Positions 19,438-29,342 of a stretch of DNA of 64,000 nt are shown piece after piece. This DNA is from an uncultured Planctomycetaceae bacterium (GTDB lineage Bacteria; Planctomycetota; Planctomycetia; Planctomycetales; Planctomycetaceae), in assembly GCA_963813715.1 (NCBI GenBank), contig CAWFAK010000005.1, positions 672,001 to 736,000 on the forward strand, written 5' to 3'. Both the position numbers and the translations under genes were made by a program. Under the pieces are notes generated by a model. The model had not been told where the DNA came from. It searched no databases and saw nothing but the letters and a program-made list of their open reading frames with translations. Each line of letters begins with the position of its first letter. Position 1 is the first letter of the stretch.

Positions 19438-21174
19438 ATGAGCGACGAAAACAAACCCTCGCAGGCCGAAGCGGTCGGCGAACCCCTGAACGCGACACAC
19501 AATCAACTGGCTGCCGCGGTCGAACCGGCCGAGGGCGTGAGCGACGCGTCGACAACCGAGGTGGCCGTCGACGTGGAGAACTCGCCGCTCGGCGCTTACC
19601 GGCGCGATCGCGTTCGCGCCCGGATGGCCGAGCGCTCGGGTGAAGAACCGCGTGCATCCGGCGACTCCAATGAACCGCGCGATTCGTCGCCGGTCGGGGG
19701 CGAATCGGACGCGGGCGATCCCCGAGCGCCGAGGCACTCGCCCGTCGAGGAGCCCGCGCAAGCGGAGCCCACGGCTCAGCCGGTTACCGAATACGCCAGC
19801 GCCGAACATACCGGTGAGCAGCAGTCGAGTGCGGACGAAGAGGCCGCCGCGCAGCCGTCCAAGAAAACCGAGTCGCCGGCACCGACGCGGGCGGTCGGCA
19901 CCATCGAAGTTCCACCGGCAAACCAGCAGCTCGACGCGGCCCTCGCGGCCGAAATCGACGCGGCGATGGCCAGCAGCGATTTGAGCGAAAGTACGCCGGT
20001 CGCGTCGTCGGCCGTCGAGACCGAGGAAGAGCACGGCGAGAAGCCGCCCGAAGAGACGCTGGAAAAGGGCCAGCATCTCGCGGGCCGCATCCAATCGATT
20101 CACGGCGACGGCGTGCTGCTCGACCTGGGCTATCGCTCGGCCGGGCTCGTGCCGTTGCGGCAGTTCGTGTCCGGTAAGAAGCCCGAAGTCGGGCAGCGCA
20201 TCGAAGTGCTGGTCGACCGCCTGGCGCCGGATGAGGGCCTGATTTATCTCAATTTGCCCAAAGGACTGCGACGGATCGCCGGGAACTGGGACCAGCTCTC
20301 GAAGGGGCAGATCGTCGAGTGCCTCGTCAACCGCACGAACAAGGGCGGTTTGGAAGTGACGGTGAGCGGCCTGCGGGCCTTCCTGCCGTCGAGCCAAGTC
20401 GAGCTGGGATTTGTTACCGACCTCGAACAATACGTCGGTCAAAAACTGCGGGCGGAAGTCGTCGAGGTTAATGCGAAGAAGCGGAACCTCGTCGTCAGCC
20501 GCCGGGCCTACCTGCAGATCGAACGCAAAGAGGCCGAAGGGGCCTTTTGGGAAACGGCCCAAGTCGGACAGACCTTCACGGGCAAGGTGAAAACGGTCAA
20601 GGACTACGGCGTCTTCGTCGACTTGGGATCGGTCGACGGCTTCCTGCATATCGGCGAGATGAGCTGGCACCGGTTGAAGCATCCGTCGGAGCTGGTGAAG
20701 GAAGGCCAGACGGTCGACGTCAAAGTCCTGTCGCTCGATCCCGAGAAGAAGAAAATCGGCCTCGGAATGAAGCAGCTCGTCCAGAATCCCTGGACGACCG
20801 CGGCCGACAAGTATGCCGCCAACTCGGCGGTGACGGGCAAGGTGACGCGGATCGCCGACTTCGGAGCGTTCGTCGAACTGGAGCCGGGGCTCGAAGGGCT
20901 GATCCACGTCAGCGAACTGGATCACAAACGAGTCCGCCACGCATCCGACGTCGTGAAGCCGAACCAGATCGTCACGGCTCAGGTGCTCGAAGTCGATCCG
21001 GAGCGAAAGCGAATCAGCCTGTCGCTCAAGGCGCTGCAGGCCAAACCGGAAGAACCCAAACCCGTCGAAGAGCCGGTCGAGGCCTATCAGCGAAAGCGCA
21101 AAGGTCCCCTCCGCGGCGGAACGGGAAGCACCGGACCGGGCGGACTCTTCGGCAATCCGTCGGACTTTCGCTGA
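19438..21174 (+). CDS. S1 RNA-binding domain protein (RpsA paralog with long acidic N-terminus)
   Basis: Four S1 repeats (AFLPSSQV, DYGVFVDLG..DGFLHIGEM, DFGAFVELEPGLEGLIHVSEL). Confidence 0.9.
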   Translation: MSDENKPSQAEAVGEPLNATHNQLAAAVEPAEGVSDASTTEVAVDVENSPLGAYRRDRVRARMAERSGEEPRASGDSNEPRDSSPVGGESDAGDPRAPRHSPVEEPAQAEPTAQPVTEYASAEHTGEQQSSADEEAAAQPSKKTESPAPTRAVGTIEVPPANQQLDAALAAEIDAAMASSDLSESTPVASSAVETEEEHGEKPPEETLEKGQHLAGRIQSIHGDGVLLDLGYRSAGLVPLRQFVSGKKPEVGQRIEVLVDRLAPDEGLIYLNLPKGLRRIAGNWDQLSKGQIVECLVNRTNKGGLEVTVSGLRAFLPSSQVELGFVTDLEQYVGQKLRAEVVEVNAKKRNLVVSRRAYLQIERKEAEGAFWETAQVGQTFTGKVKTVKDYGVFVDLGSVDGFLHIGEMSWHRLKHPSELVKEGQTVDVKVLSLDPEKKKIGLGMKQLVQNPWTTAADKYAANSAVTGKVTRIADFGAFVELEPGLEGLIHVSELDHKRVRHASDVVKPNQIVTAQVLEVDPERKRISLSLKALQAKPEEPKPVEEPVEAYQRKRKGPLRGGTGSTGPGGLFGNPSDFR

Positions 21175-21209
21175 GCACTGGCGAATGGCTCGCGGCTGTG
21201 GACCGCGCC

Positions 21210-21953
21210 CTAAAGCAGCGTGTCCAGCAGCATCCGTAGCTTTCGCAGCTCGAGCGGTCGCTCACTGGCATTTTCGGTCGTGGGCAGGATGTCGACCGAG
21301 AGCGCCCGGGTGTATCCCTGCCGCTTGAGCTGGTTGATGAGCCGCGTGTAATCGAGCTCTCCCAGCCCCACCTGCACCTGCAAGCTCTGCGACGTCGAGT
21401 CGCGGAGATGCGTGTGGTAGACGTAGGGGAAGACCTGGTCGTACGAGCGGCCCGCGTTGTTGCCGACCATGTAGTAGCTCGGATCGAGCGTCAGTCCCAG
21501 ACCGCGGACCGCCTGGCACAGCTCGACGGCCGTGTGGGGATCGTCGGTGAGGTGCCCCGCTTCGGTCTTGATCGAAAGCCGAATGCCGTCCGCGCTCGTC
21601 AGCCGCACGAACTCGCGGAGCCGATCGACCTCTGTATTGAACGGCGTTCCCAGCGGTGAAGCGGGAATGGTGATCTGCGTGATCCGCAGCAGCTTCGCCG
21701 CTTTGGTGATGCCGGCGAGCGTGGCCGCGGGGACATCTTGGGCCAGGCAAAAGCCGACGGCGGTGAGGCGTGTCGTCTCGCGGTAGCGGGCGAAGAACTG
21801 GTCGGGATCCTTGGCGACTTCGGCCGGCTTCAGGTGGGGACCGTCGTCCGAGAGCCAAATCTCAAGCTTGTCGTACTCGAGTTCGACGAACAGCGAGCAC
21901 GACTCCTCGAAGGTGCGGTCGGCGAAACAATGGGTCGATGCTGAAACGAACAC
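21210..21953 (-). CDS. Sugar phosphate isomerase/epimerase family protein
   Basis: GTG start VFVSASTHCF, GLTLDPSY, HTHLRDS, GLGELDY. Confidence 0.82.
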   Translation of the reverse strand: MFVSASTHCFADRTFEESCSLFVELEYDKLEIWLSDDGPHLKPAEVAKDPDQFFARYRETTRLTAVGFCLAQDVPAATLAGITKAAKLLRITQITIPASPLGTPFNTEVDRLREFVRLTSADGIRLSIKTEAGHLTDDPHTAVELCQAVRGLGLTLDPSYYMVGNNAGRSYDQVFPYVYHTHLRDSTSQSLQVQVGLGELDYTRLINQLKRQGYTRALSVDILPTTENASERPLELRKLRMLLDTLL

Positions 21954-22323
21954 CCCGTCACTCCGTTGTGGGGGACCTGAGCCCGGCTGGCGACCATTTG
22001 GAACCGCGAGTTGCGGCCGCTGGCGATCGAACCCCAAGAGAGCGCTCAGGACCCGACCCAAATTGTTCGATATAACCCGTTATTTTCCAGACTGTTATGT
22101 CGCGAGGCCCGGATTGGATCGGGTCCTGAAACCGTCCCGGTAATTTATCGCGATTGAGGTGGTTCTGCAAGATCGCGGAACTTTGACGATGCCGCCGAAA
22201 ACGTCTTTCAGAACGATTCTCCACATTTTGCGGGTTCTTTGGCCGATAAAGAAAGACAGGCCCAGCGCCCGCGCGGCGCCGGCTTCACGGTTCGGCGAAA
22301 CCAGCCCTCAGGAAGACCAAACG

Positions 22324-22782
22324 ATGAATGGAAAAATTGTCTTGGGACTGACCCTCGGCATGCTCGGGCTGGCCTGCGCCGGTTGCGCGTCCGATCCCGG
22401 CATCGTTCGCGCTCAAGCTCCCGGACCCGACGGCGCGATGGCCGCCGGCCCGGCTCCCAACGGCGTGGTCTACGGCACTCCCCAGAATCCGTGCCCCGAA
22501 TGCGGGTCGACCGACGGCACCTGCTTGCACTGCTGCCTGGGGGGCTGCCTGGCCAACTATCAGCCCCATCATCGCTACTGGTCGCACTACTGCCCGCCCG
22601 ATGCCGGGACGTGCCGCCTCGGCAGTAACGGTTACTGCTTGCCCAGTGTGGCCTGCGACCATGGGCCGCTCGTCTATCCGCCGAACCCCACTCCGGGGGC
22701 GATTGTGCAGTACCCCTACTACACGTGTAAGGGGCCGGACGATTTCTTCTGGCCGCCCATCAACCAATCGGGCACTCGCTAG
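22324..22782 (+). CDS. Cys-rich putative lipoprotein with YPYYT motif
   Basis: Signal peptide ending CAGC; 13 Cys in 152 aa; C-terminal QYPYYTCKGPDDFF. Confidence 0.8.
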   Translation: MNGKIVLGLTLGMLGLACAGCASDPGIVRAQAPGPDGAMAAGPAPNGVVYGTPQNPCPECGSTDGTCLHCCLGGCLANYQPHHRYWSHYCPPDAGTCRLGSNGYCLPSVACDHGPLVYPPNPTPGAIVQYPYYTCKGPDDFFWPPINQSGTR

Positions 22783-24560
22783 TTAAATCCTGTCCAAACT
22801 CGAAACGGCACTGGCGGCTTGTCCGCCAGTGTTTGTTTTTGGGGCAGGCGGAAAGGCAGACGCCCGCCGCACGAAGACCAGGGCCGTCTCGTCTTTGTAG
22901 GCCAACGACCACTCGGCATCCGTTCGCAGTGCGTCGGCGAGCGCCGCATGCTGATCGTCGTCGACGATCACCGTGTTGACGCGGTACTGCCGCAGAATCT
23001 CCTGCCAGCCGTCGTCGAGCGTGATCACGCGGACATAGTCCTGCCAGACCGGCGGCGGCAGCAAGTGGGCGTGCGAGGCGGCGAACACCTGGAGCCCGGG
23101 CGGACCGGCCCACAGCAGGTAATCGCCCCATTCCATCGGGTTGAAGATCTGGCCATGAGGCGGATGAGCACGCAGATAATCGGTCGCATCGAGCGGCGTG
23201 GCGGCGGAAAAGTGCTGGCGGCGGTCCGTGCGCATGATCTGGGCGAACAATCCGTCGCCCAGCGGCGTCAACAGCAGCGCGCACACCGCGACGACGACCA
23301 GCACGCCCGCGGAAACCCAGCGGGTCGACCACGCGACCCAAGCCCGGCGGAGCCGCGGGAAGATCCGGCCCGCCGACTGAATTCCCGACGGCAAAGCCCG
23401 ACTCCGCGCGTCGCCAGCGCTGCGCGACGGCTGAAGCGTGCAGCGACAAATAAAACGCGGCCAGCGGCCCCCACCAGACGATCATCCGCGAGGTGGCGAG
23501 CATCGCCCCGCCCAGCCCGACGAGCAACAGAATCTCGGTCGCGGGAATTCGTCGTGGCGTCAGCGCGTAGAGACCGAGCAGACCCAGGCTGACCACCAAG
23601 GCCGCCCGAGCCTGCCACATCCACCAGCCCAGCGGCTGCCATTCGACGAGGTCCTGCAGATTGGCGTTCGAGGACAGCTCCCACGCGGCCGGGAAAATTC
23701 GCCAACCGTAGGGATTCAGCAGGCACGCGACAGCGGCCAGCATCAGCACGATCAGGCCGCGCCGCACGCGGCGATCCTCATGCACGGCACGCAGGCGACC
23801 CGTGCGACGCAGCAAATCGACCGCGCGACCGCACAACGAACGCCGCCAACAGCGCCAGCCCGATCAAGAACGATCCGTGCAAATTGGCCCACGCGGCAAA
23901 TATCAGGGCCGTCGCCAACGCGGCCAGTCGGAAGCGCGTTGCCGTCCCGCGCCACGCGCCACCGGCCGCGAGCAGGAAGACGCCGAGAAAACACGCGGAG
24001 CCCGCCAGTTGCGGTCGCATGATGGCCAACTGCTGCCAGTCGACCCAAACGTAGAGCGCAGCGGCCAGCGCGGCCGCCGCGGCCGAACCCGTTTTCCGCA
24101 GTGTGCACAGCGCTAACAGGCCGACGCCGATGATGACGGCAGTCGCATACAGGAACTGCAGTGCTTCGACGCCTCGACAGCGCTCGGCCGCGTAGCCGAT
24201 CACTTCGCTCAGCCAGGAGAAGTCGACAAACGGCACGCCTTGGCACAGCGGCAGCAAGGGCTCCGTCGCCGGAATGTTTCTTTGTGCCACGATCAGCCGG
24301 CCGTAAGCCAGGTGTCCCCACAGGTCGGTGTGCCAGAGCGGGCGATGGCTCAGGTAGACGAAGAACGCCGCCAGCCCGACAAACAGCGCGAACGTCCCCA
24401 ATCGGCAATGCAGCCACGTCGGTTCTCGCGGCGTGGTCGGCAGACAATTCCAGCCGAAGCCGCGTCCCAATCCCCATTCGTCGTCGGCAGTGATCGTTTG
24501 TCGGGAATCGCTCGGCGAATGCGCATCGATGCCCGGCGCTTGCGGACGCGTGGACATCAA
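22783..24560 (-). CDS. Polytopic membrane protein, GT-C-like (several frameshifts)
   Basis: TDLWGHLAYGR, RPQL, WANLHGSF, LLNPYG, EWQP, WGDYLLW spread over ORFs 23778-24560, 22760-23836 and 22783-23394. Confidence 0.75.
22807..22833. repeat. REP-like palindrome
   Basis: GGCACTGGCGG-cttgt-CCGCCAGTGTT followed by a T-rich run. Confidence 0.6.
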
Positions 24561-25834
24561 CGCACCACGAAGCTGAGCGATTCGATGACCGCTCGGCCCG
24601 ACTTGGCAAACGGGCGGGGCAACGGCTGAGCGCGCCCACGCTCATCGACGGCCCGGCACCGCAGCGCATAACGGCCGGCCGGCAATCCCGGATGGACTCC
24701 CGCCCAATGGGCGCAGGTCAGCTTCATCGGCCACGTGCGGGGGCGGCCGGTCGCCGAGTCGAACCCATGCAGCGGCAACGGGAGTTGATCTCCGGGCAAA
24801 CCGCCGCCCCACTTCTTAGCGTCGGGCGGCGGCAGGATCGCGACGTCGCGCCAGTGCGCCTTTTGCAGATACGGGTCATCCTCCGGCGGCTCGTCGTCTT
24901 CCGGACTGATGAGAATCTGCACCTTGCTCAGCCCGGCGATGCCGACTTGCGCATAGCCCGACAGCGGAATCGATTCGCCCTTCTTCGCCACGTCGGGGTA
25001 GGCGAGCGTGGCGGCAAACGTTTTCATCGGGCTGTCGACGTCGTTCCCCTGCTCGGCGTAGGTGTCGTTGGCATGGGGCAGGTTGGTCAGTACCACGTGC
25101 GAGAGCCACTTGATCGACTTGAACCCGTAGTGCTCGGGCACCACGATTCGCACCGGACCGCCGCGACGAGGCGTCAGCCATTGGCCGTTGAGCTTGTAGC
25201 AGAGGATCACCGGCGGCAGATCGAAATAATCGTCGAACACACGGCCGATCGGCAGGGAGCTGCGGAACATCTGCTTCGGATTGTCGTTGTGGTAGCCGTA
25301 ATAGAAGACGCGTCGCAGGTCCTCGTGCGGCTCGGTCATCCACACCAGCTCGCGGAGCGGCACCCCTTCCCAGATGCCCATGCCGAGCGGGCAGCCAAGA
25401 TTGAGGCACGTCATGATCTTGGGAAATCGCACGGCCTTCGTTTCGGCTAGCTTCATCAGAGCGGCAAAATCAATCGCGGTCCCTTCGCTCTTGGTAAGCG
25501 GCTTGCCGAGCCGCACCGGATGCTCGGGATCGGACAACACTTCGACCCGCCACGTCTCACGGGTGAGACCGACGGCCCGTTTGCGATCGTCGGGCAGCGT
25601 GTGGGGAATCGGTTTGCCGCGAGAAACGTCCTCGAAGCCGTCGGGCGGCGTGAGGTAGCTCGCAAACCGCGCTTCCCGCTCGGGCTGCTTCTTCGACCGG
25701 GGCGACGCAGCGCGAACCAACCGCGGTTGTCCGAGCGCGGCGAGGGAACTCAAGCCGGCGCAGAAGAAGCGGCGCGTCAGAGTTTGATGCTCGAGGAGGA
25801 ACCGAGGCGGCTTGCGCATCGCGTGCCTTTTCAA
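24557..25834 (-). CDS. Molybdopterin-dependent oxidoreductase, sulfite oxidase family, Tat-exported
   Basis: TRRFF twin-arginine signal, TCLN..GIWEGVPLREL, GGPVRIVVPEHYGFKSIKWL, CRAVDERG; alternative start ATG25819. Confidence 0.88.
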   Translation of the reverse strand: MKRHAMRKPPRFLLEHQTLTRRFFCAGLSSLAALGQPRLVRAASPRSKKQPEREARFASYLTPPDGFEDVSRGKPIPHTLPDDRKRAVGLTRETWRVEVLSDPEHPVRLGKPLTKSEGTAIDFAALMKLAETKAVRFPKIMTCLNLGCPLGMGIWEGVPLRELVWMTEPHEDLRRVFYYGYHNDNPKQMFRSSLPIGRVFDDYFDLPPVILCYKLNGQWLTPRRGGPVRIVVPEHYGFKSIKWLSHVVLTNLPHANDTYAEQGNDVDSPMKTFAATLAYPDVAKKGESIPLSGYAQVGIAGLSKVQILISPEDDEPPEDDPYLQKAHWRDVAILPPPDAKKWGGGLPGDQLPLPLHGFDSATGRPRTWPMKLTCAHWAGVHPGLPAGRYALRCRAVDERGRAQPLPRPFAKSGRAVIESLSFVVR

Positions 25835-26196
25835 CCGCCGATCTCAGAAGGCGTCCGGAGTCTGGTATCCCACTCAATACCGCAATCCGGGCAGTAGTAA
25901 CAGAGGGGCGTTCCAAAACCGAATTGCTCGGTCGTTGGCTTGCGGATCGTCCGGCCGCAGGAAGGGCAGCGGTAGCTCCGGAAGCGAAACCAGTCAAAGA
26001 CCATTCCGAAAACCACGCAGCCCAGAAAGGCTCCGACCGACGCCCCCAACCGCCAGCCCCCCGCGTCGAAGTATTTCACACAGAGGGCGAGGGCAATCAC
26101 GGCCGGGACGACGTAGACGAGATTGCCCAACACGTACCGTCGGCCGAATTCCGGGTCGCGACGGTACGCTCGCTCGTGAACAGGAGTATCCGGCAC
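25831..26196 (-). CDS. Small two-TM protein with zinc ribbon
   Basis: Two hydrophobic segments, YRCPSCG and YCPDCGIEWD. Confidence 0.65.
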   Translation of the reverse strand: MPDTPVHERAYRRDPEFGRRYVLGNLVYVVPAVIALALCVKYFDAGGWRLGASVGAFLGCVVFGMVFDWFRFRSYRCPSCGRTIRKPTTEQFGFGTPLCYYCPDCGIEWDTRLRTPSEIGG

Positions 26197-26305
26197 TTTC
26201 GAGCCCTCGGGTCAAATTTCGCAGCGGCGCGTTCGATTTCGCGCGGGACAACGTGCCCCCTTATGTCAAAAAAAGTGGTCCCGTCCCGCCGGGGATGAAA
26301 GTCCT
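26186..26305 (-). repeat. Second GGGAC element similar to 1490-1680
   Basis: Shared blocks TTTCRTCCCCGGCGGG, T-run then AGGGG, CACGTTGT, GCGAAAT..GACC, GAAAGTGC.GGA. Confidence 0.55.
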
Positions 26306-26306
26306 G

Positions 26307-26585
26307 TTATCTGTGGGAAGCCCAGATGCGATACCCGGTCTCCCTCCGCTCGTGCTTCTCGAACCGGCAGGGGACGATCAGGCCGTCATCGAGCAGGGAG
26401 CGAAGCACGACCCTGACCTTCGACGTGGTGAGTTTCAGCGTGTCGCGGAAATGCCGGGCGGTCTCTCCGTCGGGTTTGCCCGCGAGCACTTCGAGCACGC
26501 GCAGCCGATGCCGGGCAAAGGTCGCCGCCTTGCGTCGCAGCCGCTGGCTTTGGGAGATTTCGGGAGTCAGCTTTCCAGGTCGCAT
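26307..26585 (-). CDS. Small winged-helix-like DNA-binding protein
   Basis: VLEVLAGKPDGETARHFRDTLKLTTSKVRVVLRSLLDDGLI...GYRI. Confidence 0.55.
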   Translation of the reverse strand: MRPGKLTPEISQSQRLRRKAATFARHRLRVLEVLAGKPDGETARHFRDTLKLTTSKVRVVLRSLLDDGLIVPCRFEKHERRETGYRIWASHR

Positions 26586-26791
26586 CAGGTGGCCACAACT
26601 CGGCGGGGCATCCTTTGATTCTAACCGATGCGGAATTTGCCTCGGGCCCGTTTTCCGACTCGTACCCATTGATCGATATTGGGTTACGACAAATTTTGCT
26701 GAAACCGGCTGCGCGCGGGGCGAGGGGCAATACGGGAGCGCCTCGCCCTTGCCGTTGCAAAGCAAGGTCGTGGCGGCTCGTTCAGAGCTAC

Positions 26792-26959
26792 GGGTGGCGG
26801 GGGCGCTCCGCTTTGCGGAAGCCCCCGTTGGCCTTTTAGCTATTCGTTCGACATTCCGTCAGTCTAGACGATCCTCGTCCCATCGTTTGAACGCTGCGAC
26901 ATCCTCAGCAGGTTAGCCGACGCTCCGGGGCTTCCGCAAAGCGGAGCGCCCGGCCACCC
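26792..26959. repeat. Inverted ~33-bp repeat pair with ~100-bp spacer (REPIN/MITE-like)
   Basis: GGGTGGCGGGGGCGCTCCGCTTTGCGGAAGCCCC at 26792-26825 and a near-perfect reverse complement at 26927-26959. Confidence 0.8.
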
Positions 26960-26988
26960 ATCCGCAACGGCATTCGAGCGGGATCAGG

Positions 26989-29174
26989 TTATTCCGTGCG
27001 GCTCAGGCGTTCGGCGACGATCTCGTCCGTCAGCGGCGGAGCTTCGATCGAAAGCGGAGCGCCCGCGGCATGGTAAACGGCCGAAAGGGGGGCCAGCTCC
27101 TCGGCGGGAATATTGGCCGTGCCGAAGACGTCGAGATGCGTGGGAGCGATGAGCGCCGCCAGGCCGCCGAGGCCGCCGTACTTGAGCGCGCCGGGCAGAA
27201 ACATCGGATCGGTCGTCGCGGGAATCTTGCGGTAACTCAGCCCGTGGGCGTCGGCCAGCACGTCCGAGACGCGCTCGTGCAAGAGGCCGGCGGCCAGCAG
27301 GACGCAGGGACCGGCTTCGCCCGTGCCAACCAGGTGAATCTTGCGGGCCTGGTGGTTCGTCGCCAGGCCGACCGCCGTCACGATGTCGTGCACGCGGCTC
27401 GAGGCAACGGTCGGGTTGTAAGCGAACGTGAAGGCCGCGTACTTCTTGATCACCTGCGGCGGTTTGGCGGGGGGATGCGACTCGGCGAATTCGCCAGTCA
27501 GAAACAAGTCGGCCGAAACGACCGCTTCGCCCGCGGCGAGCAGTTTGCGCACGGCTTCGGTCGGCTGTCCGTCGGGGCCGAGCAGGTGCGACTTGCCTTG
27601 TCCGTCGAACCAGAAGACGGCCGTGCCGCGGAACGATTTCGGACGCAGCAGAATCCACGGGAGCTGCGTTTTGTCGTCGCTCCGCACGGCCCGACCTTTG
27701 ATCAGCTCGGTCCCGTCGTCGAGGCGCGTCGTGTGCAGCGGGTTCTCGCGCCAATCGGCCGAGGCGGGAGGCTCCGCGTTGTTGAGCATCACGCGGGCCG
27801 CGGTGCCCACCACTTCGCGATAGTGCGGCAGACCGGCCGCGTCTTTTGGCAACAGCTCGGCAAACTGGCTGTCGGCGACGCCGGTGAGGTAATCGCGGAG
27901 GGCCTTGGTGTCCTTGGCATCGGAGGGCTGCGGGTGCTCTTTGTCGTAGACGTGTAAATTGTTCGGCTCGATGGGCTGGAAGTCCGCCTCGACGATGGGC
28001 GTCTTGTGGTCGAGGCCCAGGTGGGCGTTGAACCAGCCGTACATCATCTCCCGCGCGACCTGGTTGTAATTGTGGGCGAACTGCGGGAAGCACTTGGCGA
28101 AGACATGGTCCGACTCGCCGTAAAGGCCGTAGATCTTTTTCAGCTCGGGCAGGCCTTTGCGTTCGATGTCGATCGTCCAGTCGTGGGCCCCGCTCATCGC
28201 CATCGGCTTGGGGGCAAACAGCGCGGCGATCGCCACGTTGTTGATGCCGACCCGCAACAAATCGGCGTTCTCGCAGACGCAGCCCCCCTGCATGTTGGTG
28301 GAGACCATGACGGCCGGAAAGGCGACCGCGGGCCGCGGGTCGACGGCGCCGAGCAGGAACGTCTGCGTGCCGCCGCCGCTGGCGCCGGTGACGCCGATGC
28401 GTTGCGGATCGACGTCGGGGAGCGACTGCAGAAAGTCGAGCGCCCGGATCGAATTGAAGGTCTGCAGCCCGCACTCGCTCTGCAGTCGGAGATCGGCCTC
28501 GGCATCGGTGATGCCGCCGAAGTGATCGAGGGGCTTGTTGTCGGCGTAGCCGACCATGTCGTAGTGAAAGACGACGCAGCCCAACCGCGCGAGTCCGACC
28601 ATGCGGGCTTGCAGCGGGTACCGGCGCCGGACATGTGGCTCTCGGCCTTTTGTTCGAGCTGCTTCTGGGCTTCTTTCTCGCCCGCGTCGTAAAGGCGGCC
28701 GTTGGCCCAGTGGCCGTGCGGGCAGAGCACGCCGGGCACTTTGCCGACGATCTTCGCCGGGCGATACAAGTTCCCCGTGACGTAGTGGCCAGGCAGGCTG
28801 GCGAAGAAGACTTTTTCGACGGTGTAGTCGCCGCGATCGATCTTGCCGTGAATCACCGGATGCAGCGGCTCTTTGGGAAGCATGGGCCAGAGGCCGGTGG
28901 CGACCAGCACGCGTTCGCGGATCGCCCGGGCCTGCTTTTCCCAGCCCGCCTTGGTCGACGCGGGAGTCCAGGGATGGTTGTGGTCGCCCAGCAGGCGCAT
29001 GCGGCCGTAGCGGGGATCGTCGCGGATGTCCGGGCCGGCGTCGTCGATCAGCGCCTTCTGCAGCGTCGGTCTCGACGGCGGCCCTTCCGTGCCCCTGGGG
29101 ACCTGCGCGAGGCAATCGCCGGAGAGTGCCAAACAAATCGCAAGGCCGAGCGCGACGAGATGCGGCAACTTCAT
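26989..29174 (-). CDS. Secreted alpha/beta-hydrolase, acetylxylan esterase-like (frameshift near 28622)
   Basis: Signal peptide, VTGNLYRP, LCPHGHW, YDMVGY, nucleophile GASGGG, GGCVCEN, HNYN. Confidence 0.87.
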
Positions 29175-29342
29175 GGGACGTGTCTCTCGGAGAAGAACGA
29201 TCGGAGCGCGGGGAGGATTGGCGGCGGGCGTCAACGTTTCGATGCACAGCGGATTGATGCACCGGTCCGATGCGCACGGTTTGCCATGCACCGGCTGTAG
29301 CGTATGCTGGCGGGCGAAGAGAGGCAATTGACCGGGAATTCC

